A stretch of DNA of 63,872 bases, the filler included, from Octopus bimaculoides (Eukaryota): NCBI RefSeq assembly GCF_001194135.2. It is 4 parts of 4 records of this genome, joined end to end, with 100 filler letters (N's around TTAATTAATTAA, not from the genome) between each part and the next. Parts side by side here need not be neighbours in the genome. Positions count along the whole stretch, not along the records: positions 35,877 to 56,235 come from NC_068989.1; 3 more parts are not named here. One strand, given 5' to 3'. The translations under genes and the position numbers were made by a program. The notes under the pieces were generated by a model. The model did not search any database. It was given only the letters and a program-made list of their open reading frames with translations, and had not been told where the DNA came from. Below, in pieces: positions 42,001 to 54,814 of the stretch (position 1 is its first letter; each line of letters opens with the position of its first letter).

Positions 42001-42559
42001 CTGCAATAGAAATAATACTATCATTGTTGTTGTTGTTACAGTATCAGAAATATTGCTTTGCAGCATTTGTTCCAGCTCATTACATGTCAGGGTTCAAATC
42101 CTGCCACGGTCAACTTCCTTTTCATTCTTTCAGGGTTGATAAAACAAAGTACCAATTAAGTACTGGGTTCACCCTCTCCTTCAATTTGTGCCAAAATTAG
42201 AAAGCATTATTATTTGTAGGATAGTTGATTGACAGAATCATTAGAGTGTTACAAAATTTTCTCTGGTTCTTTACATTGAGAGTTCAATTCTCATCAAGAT
42301 TAACTTTTTCTGCAAAGATTGAAGTAATCAACTAATCCTCCCACTAATATTGTGACCATGTACACTTTACAAGATCTCAAGAGTCAAACATTTCAGAGAT
42401 TATGTTACTTATTTCATGGTGCTTAATAAATTTCCAATAATTTTATAGTTTTCCAAAATAATGTATAATTTCCTTGGGTATTGATTCATTATCATCATTA
42501 TTATCATTATCATTATTGTTAGTGTAGGAGCTTCATCATTTATTGAAGCCCAAGTAAAT

Positions 42560-43460
42560 TCCACCTTGGGCACTCCTGAGTCACTCGCTCTACATCAAAA
42601 CTGCCTTTCCTTCCTGTGGTAACTACTATGCACCAGAGTCTAGGCTTTTTGAGCGACACAAGCCCTTACCACTTAGAACAAATTCATTGTGGAGGTAGTT
42701 TGAAGGTAAGAGGAAAGTCCTATGGTCATGGGATATGGCAACAGGAACAAGCAAAGGGTGTTACTGGAAGTTTCTAACCAGAGTCTCATACATAGGCAGC
42801 AGAGAGCTATCCGACTGTAGAATACAAAGGCACCTGTAAGACTTGTGTCCTCCTTTCTGTGGCAAGCAGTCCTATTTAGGTGTAACACTGTTTCTCTGAT
42901 ATTGGAGGCAGGGTGAGAAAAGGAACCCTAAAAAAAGTGTTCTCTTCAATAAGATTGGAATTAACTGCAGATGACAAGCCAGCCAGTTTATTGCAGTTGA
43001 GTTAAAAATAAGAAAAATAAAAGAAACGTTAATTTTTGGTTGTTGGAATGTAAGAACTTTACAAGACAGTAAAGACAGTCTAGAACAAAAACAACACTAA
43101 CTGTAAAGGTAACTGGCTCATACAATATTGATATTGCTGCTCTAAGTGAAACCAGGCTTGATGATTCTGGTGGCTTAGAAGAAGTTGAGAGTGATTATAC
43201 ATTTTTTTGAAGCAGAAAGCTGGCAGGTGAGACAAAGGAGTTGGATTTGCCATTGAATTAATTTTACTTTGTAAGTTGCCATCCATCCCTTGAACTGTTG
43301 ATGAGCATCTCATACCCTTTTGTATACCCATAGGTAATTCCTCATTTCTGCACTTTATCAGCATCTGAAGAAGAACAACATTTTCTACTCTAAATTACAA
43401 ACAATTATCAGTAAAATTCTGTATCATGACTAAGTCATATTAATGGGCATTTTTAATGCC
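42560..43460 (+). mobile_element. RTE-clade LINE 5' part (5' UTR plus APE endonuclease)
   Basis: LIFGCWNVRTLQDSKDS...YNIDIAALSETRLDDSGGLEEVESDYTFF*S. A 3'-end piece with a CPHC zinc knuckle lies at about 43600-43790. Confidence 0.85.
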
Positions 43461-44149
43461 AGAATAGGTAACAAACACACATCATCATCATCCAAAGGGA
43501 CTCTGTGGTAAAGGGAGACCCATGCTAAGATATAAGGATAAGTTGAAACAATCACTAAAATCCTTTCAGCTTAATTTAATATCCTGGGAAAGTTATTGTC
43601 TAGATCAATGTGAGTGACATAAAATGTGTCAAGATGCAGCTAAATAATTTGAGTTCAAGAAACAGGACAATAAAAGAATTATACCCTGAACTCAACAGAC
43701 ATTTTTGTCCTATTCTAGGCAAACTCATTGTCCCCACTGCAACTTCATAGCAAAATCTATACCTGGACTCAAATTACATCCATGCAGCCTTTTTTTTTTC
43801 TTTTTTTCTCTCCTTCACATACTCATACGCCAAAATCAATGGGCATTATCATTATTATTATTAACATTATTAAGATGATGAACTGGCAGAATTGTTAGCA
43901 CACCAGACAAAATGCTTAGTGGAATTTTATCCATCTTTGCATTCTGAGTTCAAATTCTGCCACCCAAGTATAGCTGCAGTCAATCTGACTGACATCTGCA
44001 CTTTCTGCTTACCAATTTCACTCAAAAGGTTTGGGTTGTTTCAAGACTAGAGTAGAAGATACTTGTTGTAAAGTAAGTGCCATAAAGTAGGACCAAACCT
44101 GGAATCACATAAAAACAAAGTGAGCTTCACAACCCCACAGCTATCAGTA

Positions 44150-44460
44150 TAAGAGACACCAACATAAAAAACATCTGATGAGCTGGATTCTGGGAACATT
44201 TAGAACAAGAGATCAAAAAGTCATCTTAGTCCTGCAGAGGACCCTTGTTTTTGATAGTCTATATTATTGCTCCTATCTATAGTCTATCCCTAGTGGTAAG
44301 TTTACTACTAAGCTCTAAGAAATTTAATAATCCTACACAAAGAAGATTACTTAAATATAGCAGATGAGTTGCTCGAAAAGGCTGAAAGTTTTATGAGTCA
44401 ACAACCTAGAATGAAGTAAGTAAAGATATGCAGTAATTTATATCTTGGAAGATCTTGAAA
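44150..44460 (+). mobile_element. CR1/L2-group LINE RT C-terminal fragment
   Basis: MSWILGTFRTRDQKVILVLQRTLVFDSLYYCSYL matches the WILRTF.TRD...L....LV...L.YCS.LW pattern. Confidence 0.7.
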
Positions 44461-44779
44461 GGACTAGCACTAAACTACACAGTGCCAAAATCTCTGCCTC
44501 TCTTTTAAAGTTTATTGTTTGGATTATATATTACAATAGCTTTGTCTCAAAGAATTATAATTCTTCAATATCTCTGGCAAAACATAAAGGACCAACTTAA
44601 AATACTAGATGTTAGATAATATTTAAAATACTATCTTTCTGTGTAAGATCTGAGATGAATGTACATCACAGAGACATAAAAGAATTAAACTGCATCATTC
44701 ACCAAATAACAAACAGGATGGAAAAAGTTCAAGGAGTTATTGTCTTTATTGTTTTAGGGATAGATTGTATTATATTTCT

Positions 44780-45200
44780 GTATGTTTATACAATGTTGCA
44801 TGGTAGCAAGACATAGATACTGAATGAAGAGGAAGTATGAATGATGGAAAGAAATGAAGCAAGCATGCTCCACTGTGTGTGTAATGTTAGCGTGCATGAA
44901 CGGCAAAGCATAAATGAGCTAAGAGAAAAACTTGGTATAAGAGAAATAAAATGTAGCATGCAAGAGAGACAACTATGTTGGTACAGACATGCAATGCATA
45001 ACAGATGATGGTAGCTGGATAAAGTGTCAGGAGACTCGAGTGGAAGGAAACTGTAGAAGAGGGAGATCGAGAAAGATGTGAGCTGAAGTAGTGAAAGCTG
45101 ATCTCAAGATACTAAACATCAAGAAGGAGATGATGAATGAATACAAGTAGTGGAGTGAACCTATCAAGCTCATGCAAGCATGGAAAAATGGATGCAAAAA
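44780..45200 (+). mobile_element. RTE LINE 3' fragment
   Basis: MERNEASMLHCVCNVSVHERQSINELREKLGIREIKCSMQERQLCWYRH...VEGNCRRGRSRKM*AEVVKADL. Confidence 0.85.
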
Positions 45201-45348
45201 GGAGGAGGAGGCTGCCAATGCTGCCAACAAGGATGACAATGGTGATAAATAAAAGTTATTACATGCAACAATGATGGTAGTGTTCAAGTATTGCTACTGC
45301 TAACTGACTGGAACCAGCAAATTAGAAGAGTTCACAAAAAAAACTTAC

Positions 45349-45497
45349 CATTTACTGATGTTCTGAACCGAAGAATCCATTGACACAGATTTATCTAACA
45401 AGAACTCATACATTACATAATTCTGGAATATCCCTTCAGGGCTGAGTCCTGTTCCAATCATTGAACTGTTTGCAGGAGAACGTGCATTTCTTGGACC
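45349..45497 (-). CDS. NAGLU: NAGLU internal coding exon, third of five (second catalytic Glu region)
   Basis: catgtAG|GGT CCA ... AAA TG|GTaagt. 149 nt = GPRNARSPANSSMIGTGLSPEGIFQNYVMYEFLLDKSVSMDSSVQNISK(W). SPEG corresponds to human MAPEG (E446). Confidence 0.97.
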
Positions 45498-45899
45498 CTA
45501 CATGGCACACACAATTTCAAAACATTACCAAGAATGTAGAATGAGAAATAAAAGAAATACAGTAATAAATGCATTATTTTACACACACACAAATATACAT
45601 GTATATATATCACAGACACACACATACATGTGTGTAGATGTGTATGTGCATGAAGTTGCCATTTGCACTTCTTTGCAGTGTAGTGTCTAACCAAGAAATG
45701 ATGATGCCTTGTTTACATTCCAGGTGAGCATTACATCCTGTAGATAAGCAGTTTCAAAAGTTTTAAGGGTTGGTTTCAGAAGGGTACTTCTACATCCAAC
45801 CCATTTGAATCAGTTAATCATATCAGCACAGTTGTCTCCCCAATGTACATTGGCTGATGCCGTAACTACTCAGTCACACAAACTCACACACACACAGCT

Positions 45900-46200
45900 C
45901 ATCTATGCTTTTCCTTTCATGCAGATTTGCATTACACATACAGCAGAATAGCCACAAACTAACTTATAAATTTAAAAAACAGTACAGCACCCATAACTTT
46001 CAGAAACATTTTTTTATGCTCAGAATTGTCAAAGCATGAAATAAACTACCCACAACAGTTGTTAGCTGTCAAACACTGCATCTTCTTGAAATTCCCCAAC
46101 ACTACTGACATGCTTATGCCCCCTTTTCTCTTTATGGCTCTATTTACTGTTCACTTTTGTGTTTTATTTTGTGTACTATGCATGTAATTCTAGTTTACAT
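45900..46200 (+). mobile_element. CR1-like LINE 3' end
   Basis: YKFKKQYSTHNFQKHFFMLRIVKA*NKLPTTVVSCQ (FF..R.V..WN.LP..VV motif). Confidence 0.75.
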
Positions 46201-46552
46201 TGTTGTCTTTCTTTACTTCACTTATGCCACTTTGTGACCTCTGTTTTACTATTTTCTGGCAAGTTGTAGTACACTTGAGTACTCTGTATAATAAACTCAT
46301 TATCATAATTGCTGGACAAAATGCTTAGTGGCATTTCATCTGTCTTCAGATTCTCAGTTCAAATGCCACTGAGATCTACTAACAGGGTCAATAAAATAAG
46401 TATTAGTTGAACACTGGGATTGATGTCATCAACTTATCCTCTCCCCAGAAATTGCTGGCCTAGTCCTAAAATTTGAAATCATTATTATTATTATTATTAT
46501 TATTATTGAGTGAGAGAGCAGTGCATGCCATCAAAGTGACACTGGGGTAAAA

Positions 46553-46621
<69 letters not shown>

Positions 46622-46625
<4 letters not shown>

Positions 46626-47408
46626 TAGTCTTATTTTTATCACATGCCTTGGGTATCTACTGTGGTTTGTTATGGTGCTCTTATTTTCACAGTATTGAAA
46701 GTGTTTTACATAGGATGTGTCCAATGCCTAGGAGTGCTATTTTCTGCTAGTATTATATACTTCTAAGTCCTGGTGTTTTTGTTATGTATTTGTCTGAATG
46801 TTTTTTTATCATACCTAATGCACATTCTATGATAGGAATTATTTCTGCTTTTAGGCTCCACATTTGAGTTATCTCTATTTCCAAATCTATGTATTTTGAA
46901 AGTTTCTCCGTTTCTTTTAGAGAAACATTGTTATATATTGGTATTGATACATTGATTAAAAAGCATTTTTTTTTCTTGGTGATCTCTGACAACTATCCGG
47001 CCTATTGGCCTTAATTTCTCTGTGTATATTAGCATATCCCAGAGTATGGTTGCTTTCTCATTTTCTGCAACCTTTTCTGACATGTGCCTATACCAACTTT
47101 TTTCTGTTGTTATTCCAAAGTATTGGCATAGCTTCCAGTGTATATAGGTCCCAACTCTGTCGTGTCTGTGAATATATTCCTTCTTAGCCAGGACTGGGTA
47201 GCCAGAGACAATATGATTTATTGTATCTTCTCCATCACCACATATTCTACAGTCATTTGTATCTCTTTTCATCATGTGTTTTTGGTGATTTCTGGTGACA
47301 AGGTTCTGGTCTTGTGCTGCAATTAAAAATCCTTCAGTGTCTGCTTTGAGTCCTGAGCTTCTCAGCCATTGTTGGGATTTTGCTTTGACTATTTCTTTTC
47401 TGATTAGC

Positions 47409-47410
<2 letters not shown>
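46622..47410 (-). mobile_element. R4/Dong-like RLE LINE, 5'-truncated, flanked on both sides by (AAT)n
   Basis: KSQQWLRSSGLKADTEGFLIAAQDQNLVTR...CRICGDGEDTINHIVSG...RHDRV...ILWD...RPDIVVRD...KLSKYIDL. CCHC knuckle plus PD-(D/E)xK nuclease, then a 3' UTR running into the AAT repeat. Confidence 0.92.
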
Positions 47411-47455
<45 letters not shown>

Positions 47456-47818
47456 CATTATTATTATTATTATTATTATTATTAAGGCAGTGAGCTGGTA
47501 GAATCATTAACATGTCAAACAAAATGCTTAGTGGTATTTTATCCGACTTCATGTTCTGAGTTCAAATTCTGATGAACTCGACTTTGGTTTCATCCTTTTG
47601 AGATCAATGAAATAAGTATATGTGTACTGAAGCTGATGTAACTGACTTACTCCTTCCTGAAAAAAATCAGGCCTTGTGCCTATAATAGAAAGGCTTATTC
47701 ATTATCATCATCATTTCACATCCATTTTCGTAGCACTTTTGCATTCAACACACAAGCCTCACTACATGTAGCATTTTATTCCAAGCAAAAACTATAAATG
47801 AAAATATTTTCAACTTAC

Positions 47819-47968
47819 CACATTGACACTTTCCAAGTCACCATATAAATCCATTGTGCCACCAAAATTATGGAGCATGCACCAGATAAACGGTTGGCCA
47901 TAAAAGAAATCAAGCCGTTTCCACATCGGACTAACTTCAGCAAACAAGTCCAAGACAATCATACGACC
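47819..47968 (-). CDS. NAGLU: NAGLU internal coding exon, second of five
   Basis: tttatAG|GGT CGT ATG ... AAT GTG|GTaagt. 150 nt, phase 0/0 = [50 protein letters not shown]. Contains the GH89 signature [14 protein letters not shown]. Confidence 0.97.
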
Positions 47969-48039
47969 CTATAAACAATTTGAAAATAATTAGGTCAGAT
48001 CAGGTGGTAGTGGGGTATGCTCTATTATAGTGCATTGCT

Positions 48040-48990
48040 GCATTTTCTGATGTATATTCTCAGATACTCCTGAGCAACCTATTGAGCAGAATCTCAGTCA
48101 GTCCCTGTCTCTGAGAACTACCTCCTCGTTTGTCGTGACCATGTGGCATGTGGTCAACCAACAGAGCCATCAACCCAGCTGGATCCTCATTGAAGAGAAC
48201 ACAGTAAGCAGAGTAAAATGACATTCTCAACCACAGCAGAGGTAGACGATGTGGAGTCCTCCAAGAAGCCAACAAAGGACTGGATCTTTGTCTTGACACA
48301 AAAGCCTCTAAGGCCAAGTGGTTCTGCTTCCTCACTCAGTGAAAGGAGGGTGCTCCTTAAGACACCCAGCAAGAGACTCAGCAAGAATAAATGCAGTCAC
48401 CAGCAAAATCTTGGCCTGTAATCCTAATTTCACCAATGAGTGCACCACAACTCAATCAAGCCACTATTTGGCCAAATATCCAATCCAAACAAGTATTGAA
48501 ATGAGTGGGAGCCAAGACACCACCCTGACAGACCCTAGATGTAACTGAGAAAAGATCAGATGTTGAGCCCTTGATCCAAACTGTGCTGACTGTTCCAGTG
48601 TACAAAGCCATCATCACCCCGATCAGTTCAGGAACCTCACAGTTCCAGAATCTTCCAAAGTACATTTATCTACCAGCCTTGCAGAGGTCGACGTAGGCTG
48701 CAAGCAACCTCTGCCAAAAAGCTCTTCTTACATTCAATGAGTACGCAAAAGCAAAGTTCATATGATGGTGAATCAGCTGCAATGCAAAAAGACAGCTGGT
48801 ATTCATGGCATCCACGGGGAGATGATCGAGAAAGATGGCCTTCTGCAGTCTTGCTCTTGTGGTAGATCATCTGCTCAATCTGGAGCAGATTGGAAGAGTG
48901 GTATAATTATTCCACTCTAGAAAGGTAAAAGTAACCACCATGACTGCAACAATTATAGGACTATTACACTCCTCCCAGTGCCCAGTAAGA
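48040..48990. mobile_element. RTE LINE RT fragment with internal inversion (- strand about 48040-48670, + strand about 48665-48990)
   Basis: Minus: LWKILEL.GVP..LI.VMMALYTGT...SRVCQGGVLAPTHFNTCLDW...SEEAEPLGLR...KTKIQ. Plus: VNQLQCKKTAGIHGIHGEMI...DWKSGIIIPL*KGKSNHHDCNNYRTITLLPVPSKI. Confidence 0.85.
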
Positions 48991-49848
48991 TATATTCCCT
49001 AATTTAGGGAATATATAGGAAGTATTCTTTACAAAAATGTAATTGTTGATCATATGTTCCCATTATTTTGGATTTTAAAACCTAAAGAGTTTTTAAAATA
49101 TGACTAAATAGTTTTAATAAATACAATGTATTATATCATATGTCATGTAGTCAAAAACATAATACATTTTGTTAATGTTTATCAAATTATCATGCATTTT
49201 CAGTATGTTACAGATTATTTGTAAGAATTATGGCTTAATTAAGAGAACATCTGGTATGTAGCCAAGACCTGAAGAGTGTCTAAAATAAAATAAAATCATG
49301 AGGCTAGTTATTCATATTGTATTCACATCAACATGGTCTGTATTGACAACAATTATTCATAGGTGGTAGACTCAATCCACTGCCTAACTTAACACCAACA
49401 CTAGGATCTTTGCTGCCTTTAGCAGAGCCCAGTTCATTCAAAGTATTCAAAGTAGGTTTTCAATTCACGGATACCTTCCTCACTCCCTTTACCAGTCTCA
49501 GAGGTCATTAGCACTATCCTTCTACTGACTAAACAATAAAACAAATAGAAGTTGTAAAAATTTCCATGGAGAGTGAAGAAATCTAATATTTTGGGCTCTT
49601 ACTCATCATGTCAACACTTTCTCTGTCTTTCTCACTCACATCTTTCAGTCTATGGCAATGGAACTTACTTAACTGTAAGTACTCTGGAATAATATAATGA
49701 CCTTCAACCAGCAGTAAATTTACCCTCACAGAGGTGAAAAATTTACATGACAGCAGGAAAATTACCATAAAAGATCAAATATATAGAGGATAATATGTAG
49801 AGTCCGAGGATAATATATACAGACAGAAGTGATATATACAGAGGATGG

Positions 49849-49893
<45 letters not shown>

Positions 49894-50215
49894 ACGCGTG
49901 CGCGCGCGCATGTGTGTGAAGGCTGATGATTTAGTGGTTCAGGCTTTTGCTCTTGCAACTGCGAAATTATGATTTCAATTCCAAGACTGGACATTGCATT
50001 GAGTTCTTGAGCAAAACACTTCATTTCATGTTTCTATGCAATCATTTCACCATCTGTCATGTGGCATATCGTGCACCTGTACAGGTAATGTCAATTTGAT
50101 GGAGCAGGGTAAGCTTATGTGTACACAAGCATTTCATTACAATAAACAAATCTGTGTGGTTGTCCAGCAAAAAATTGCAGAACCGTCATATGTCATCGAA
50201 CGACAGGAGAATCCA

Positions 50216-50274
<59 letters not shown>

Positions 50275-50844
50275 AGGTGACAGGCAGATAAACAAAGAGT
50301 TATATATATTGATAAATTTAATATACAATATATGGATTTATATAATCCAGTGGTAATCACAAAAAAAACCTCCTTTAGTGGACCGGGATAGTAAACCAAT
50401 GGGTCAGAGTGTAATGTAGAGTCCTATGAAGTTGAAATCCAATAATCCAATCAATAAAAATTATTTCATGAGGCGCATATAGAATATAAAGAAAGTATGA
50501 GATGAATATATTTATTTCACCAGTTGATATACATGGGATTCTAGCTGTTTCACAGCTAACATAATGCAAAAATAATTTTTTTAGTGTATAATAAATTATT
50601 TCACATGTCCGCAGTAGCATGTATGAAAAAAATTGCATAGTGCTATTGTACATTTTACAAATGAATGCAGGTATAGAAGACTAACTCATCAGATAAACAG
50701 AATATCATGATTACATTAATTTTTCAACTTCAGTACACACCAAAATAATCATCAATGGATATCAACTGGTGAAATAAATATATTCATTTAATACCTCCTG
50801 ATTTTCTTTATATTCTATAAATATATATATATATGGATGCAGGA

Positions 50845-51000
50845 GTGGGTGTGTGATAAGTAGATTGCTTACCAACCACATGGTTCTGGGTTCAGTCCCA
50901 CTGCGTGGCACCTTGGGCAAGTCTCTTCTACTATAGCCTCAGACTGACCAAAGCCTTGTGAGTGGTTTTGGTAGACAGAAACTGAAAGAAGCCTATTGTA
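50845..51000 (+). mobile_element. tRNA-derived SINE (third family); related copies at about 9715-9870 (-), 38490-38590 (+), 44020-44140 (-), 56360-56515 (-) and 63465-63600 (-)
   Basis: Shared ccaaccacatggtt..gggttcagtcccactgcgtggcaccttgggcaagt.tcttctactatagcctc core. Confidence 0.8.
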
Positions 51001-51064
<64 letters not shown>

Positions 51065-51069
51065 CATAT

Positions 51070-51720
51070 ATATGTATGGTCATGTGTTACATATGAATGA
51101 AGACAGCTGTGTGAGGAAGTGCCACTCCCTAACTGTAGAAGGAACCTGTGGAAGAGTTATACCCAGGAAGACATGGGATGAGGTGGTGAAGCATGACCTT
51201 CAAACATTAGGCCTCACACAGGCAATGACAGGAGACCAGAACCTTTGGAAATATGCTGTGATTAAGACCTGGCAACTAAAGTGAGATCGCAGCGACGCAT
51301 GTCCAGCCCTGTTAAGAATACCCCTGATGCATCAGGTGATATATGCTTGAGAAAACCTGTTGAGTCAAGTAAAAACCAATATTTTAGGTGTGGCACATAA
51401 AAAGCACCATCCAAACATAGTTGATACCAGATTCATCTGACTGGCTCCCATGCCGGTGGTACATAAAAAGTACCAACCGATAGTGGCCGATGCCAGTAAC
51501 CCCTGACTGGCTCTTGTGCCAGTGGCACGTAAAAGGTACCATCCGAACGAGATTGATGCCACTACACTCTCCAAGTGGTTGGCGTTAGGAAGGGCATCCA
51601 GCTATAGAAACATTGCCAGATCAGATTGGAGCCTGATGCAGCCGCTGGTTCTCCAGACTTCAGTCAAACCATCCAACGAATACCACCATGGAAAACGGAC
51701 ATTAAACGACGATGAAAATG
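51070..51720 (+). mobile_element. RTE LINE 3' end with internally repetitive 3' UTR
   Basis: YGHVLHMNEDSCVRKCHSLTVEGTCGRVIPRKTWDEVVKHDL..., followed by repeated ggcacgtaaaa.gcaccatccgaac units. Confidence 0.8.
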
Positions 51721-51929
51721 ATGTCTGTGTGTCTGTGTTTGTCCACCCCACCCCCCTCATCGCTTGACAACTGATTTACATCACCATGACTTAGCGGTTC
51801 AGCAAAAGAGACCGACAGAATAAGTACTAAGCTTACAAAAAATAAGTCCAACGGTCGATTTGGTGAACTAAAGGCAGTGCTCCAGTATGACGGCCGTCAA
51901 ATGACTAAAACAAATCAAAGAATAAAAGA

Positions 51930-51979
<50 letters not shown>

Positions 51980-51981
<2 letters not shown>

Positions 51982-54630
51982 TGCTGGGTTTCTAGCAACC
52001 CTCCGCACCAGGTTAGGAGGGGGTGCTTGTTTAGTCACCGACAACCCGACCATGCAACAGGTTGTACTGGATTCCATGTTACCAGTAGCACTTATGAGAG
52101 CCTCATAAGCAACCTGACATAAAAACAAGACCTGTTGAAAGGTCGGATGAACCTAGTGCAGGCACAACAGGTACACAGAAATTCCGGGATGATGTCCAGT
52201 GTGCTGAAAGACCACTGGGAGTGAGGTACTCCTCAGCTTCTGTTGAAGCATGTCTCTATGAGAAGGCCACTCTGATATAAAACCAGATATGCAGGAAATG
52301 GCATTGGACATTTTGGGGATCTTTGGTTTGTGCTAGAGATCACGACGCTCTAACATCACTGAGCCTGCAACTCATATTGGCACCAGACATCTTGCTCTGG
52401 CTTGTCTCTGGATAATGTCAATAAAGTGGAGAGGGTCTATAAGATGTCATGCAAGCCTTATTGAACCTAAAACTCTGCACAGGTATTGCTGACCTCTGCT
52501 CAATATATGCTGCTTTTTTTTCCCTTATATATATTAATTTTATTTTCAGTATATACGTATCTTTATGTTTAGTATATATTTATATATTTATTTATTTTTA
52601 GTATATATTTATATATTTATTTATTTTTAGTATATATTTATTTTATTTTTATTTGGAAATCCTGCAGCAATTGGAAGGTGGTGAAGCATGCAGACCTGAT
52701 GGGTTGGATGCATGTAGTCAGTGACCTGCATGTAGGCAGCCCATGCTAGATATATAGTCATCTCCTTGTTGCCCAAGACAGTGGTAGGATTCGGTTGCTG
52801 CATGGGTGTCTGAGCAACTCCATTTGGAGAGGGCACTGCTCACCCAGAGGTCAGAGAGGTTCTAAAAAAGGTGAACCAAAAATTGCTTGCCTTTCTGTAT
52901 CTGTTCAGTTTAGCGTGACTGACAGATGTCCACTCTGCACTCGAAAGACAAAGAGACTTTTATTTACAAAATCTGGATGGAACTTGAACATTTCATGTTG
53001 GAATGTGCACACTCTGTATTGCACACATTGTATTGCTGCACAGAGGACTTTCAGCTGTGCAGCAAAATCTAGCACTTGCCCACTATGGCAGTGTAAAATC
53101 ACTACTGCAGCGATCTCTCAGGAAGATGTAGAACACTTGGTGGGAGGATCTTACTCGTGATATTCAGGCTGCTGCTGGTGCAAATGACAGTAAGAAGCTT
53201 TACCATCTTATGAAGCGAGCTTATGGACCTAAGAGCTCCACATCAGCTCCTTTACTTTCCAAGTAGTCTTCTACTCTATTTACTAAATCAACTGAAACCA
53301 CAGGTCGCTGGACTGAACACTTCTCTAAACTCCTAAACCATAAGTTAGTTGTGAATGAAAGTGATTGATACTATGCAACAAAGACCTATCATTGGCTCCT
53401 TAAATTCCACACCCTTAATAAATGAGTTAATGACCTCAATAAGTAAATTGAATCATGGTAGGGCACCTAGTAAGGATGGAATTTGTGCTGAGGTCTTGTG
53501 ATTTGGTGATGATTACATCATACAATCCCTTCATGAACTTATTAGTGCAGTCTGGAGGGATGGTGCAATGCCTAAGGACTGGAAGGATGCAATTATTATT
53601 CTTCTCTATAAAGGAAAAGGAGCCAGAACAATGTGTGGTAACTACAGAGGTATTGCTCTATTATCAGCTGCTGGCAAGGTTCTGGCAAATNNNNNNNNNN
53701 AGAGGTATTGCTCTATTATCAGCTGCTGGCAAGGTTCTGGCAAATATTCTTCTTACCCGTCTGAATGGGTGTCTCGTAAATGATGTCCAGTCTGAACCTC
53801 AATGGATATGATTTTCACAGCAAGACAGATACAGAAGGAGTGCTATGAGCAGAATATGGATCTTGTCCAGGTAGTCATTGATTGAACAAAGGCCTTTGGC
53901 ATTTTGAACAGGACCCTGCTATGGAAAATACTTGGCAAACTTGGATGTCTGGATCACTTTGTATCTATAACTAAATCATTTCATGATGGGATGGAGGCTT
54001 GGGCCAATGATGGTGGTGGCAAGGCGGGACCCACTCCTGTAGAGAATGGTGTCAAGGAGGGTGACATCCTTGCCCCAACTCTCTTTTCTTTGTACTTTGC
54101 TGCTGCTTTTACTCATGCTTCTGCTAAGGTTAGTTCTCTGGGAATATGTCAGCTATCGATCTTCTGGTTGCCTCATTAATCTGCGTCAATTTGCTGCCAA
54201 TTCAAAAGTTTTCCAGTCTCTTATTTATGATATCCTTTATGCAGATCACTGTGACTTAGTCACTCATACAATGGATGACATGCAAATACTTATGAATCAT
54301 ATTTCTGCTTCTTGCAAGGCATATGGACTCAGCATTAGCCTGGACAAGACTGTTGTAATGTTCCAGCCTACACCAGGAAATCCATATGTGGAACCAGCTA
54401 TCTTGCTTGAAGGAACAATTCTGAAAGTGGTAGACAAGTTTGTCTACCAGGGCAGCACACTCAGCCGTTCTTGCTCCCTGGATAATGAAATATCTTTCAG
54501 GCTGCATAGAACAACTGATTCCTTCTGGTCTCTTCAGTCTCATGTCTGGTCCCAGCATGGCATCACGAAGGAAACAAAAATTTCTGTGTACCATACATGT
54601 ATACTGACATCGCTCCTTTATTCATGTGAG
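51980..54630 (+). mobile_element. RTE LINE, internally deleted (5' UTR, APE start, long RT pseudo-ORF)
   Basis: LNISCWNVHTL; [39 protein letters not shown]; GVKEGDILAPTLFSLYF; LYADHCDLV; GLSISLDKT; VDKFVYQGSTLS...TKISVYHTCILTSLLYSCE. Confidence 0.92.
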
Positions 54631-54778
54631 AAAATGTTATTTCACGTGCCACCAGCACAAGTGTCAGTAAGGCGGCGCTGGTAATGGGGGAGAATTCACA
54701 AAAAAAAACAAAAGACGAAGACAGGTGGTGTAGAAAACAAACAGATGTATTAGTATAACACTCAGGAATTGAAAAAGT

Positions 54779-54814
54779 CTTTAACGTTTCGAGGCTACAC
54801 TCTTCCACAGAAAG
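54779..54814 (-). ncRNA. Minimal type-I hammerhead-like motif, second copy of the same repeat family
   Basis: Reverse complement CTTT-CTGTGGA-A-GAG tgtagc CTC-GAAA-CGT-T-AAAG. Same 36-nt geometry and similar downstream flank (including cacctgtcttcgtcttttgtttt) as 5542-5660; A6 is replaced by T. Confidence 0.5.

Larger units (their letters stand above)
42060..47690 (+). mobile_element. Five intronic copies of the SINE family seen at 16040-17600 (about 42060-42215, 42220-42370, 43870-43960, 46305-46480, 47485-47690)
   Basis: Same core with CG changed to TG/CA, e.g. tttcagggttgataaa versus tttcggggtcgataaa. Confidence 0.75.

Noticed and set aside
53646-53745. 45-bp direct repeat across a 10-N gap (similar cases at about 3340-3440 and 30460-30700)
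   Set aside because: Contig-end overlap left by the assembler, not a biological duplication.
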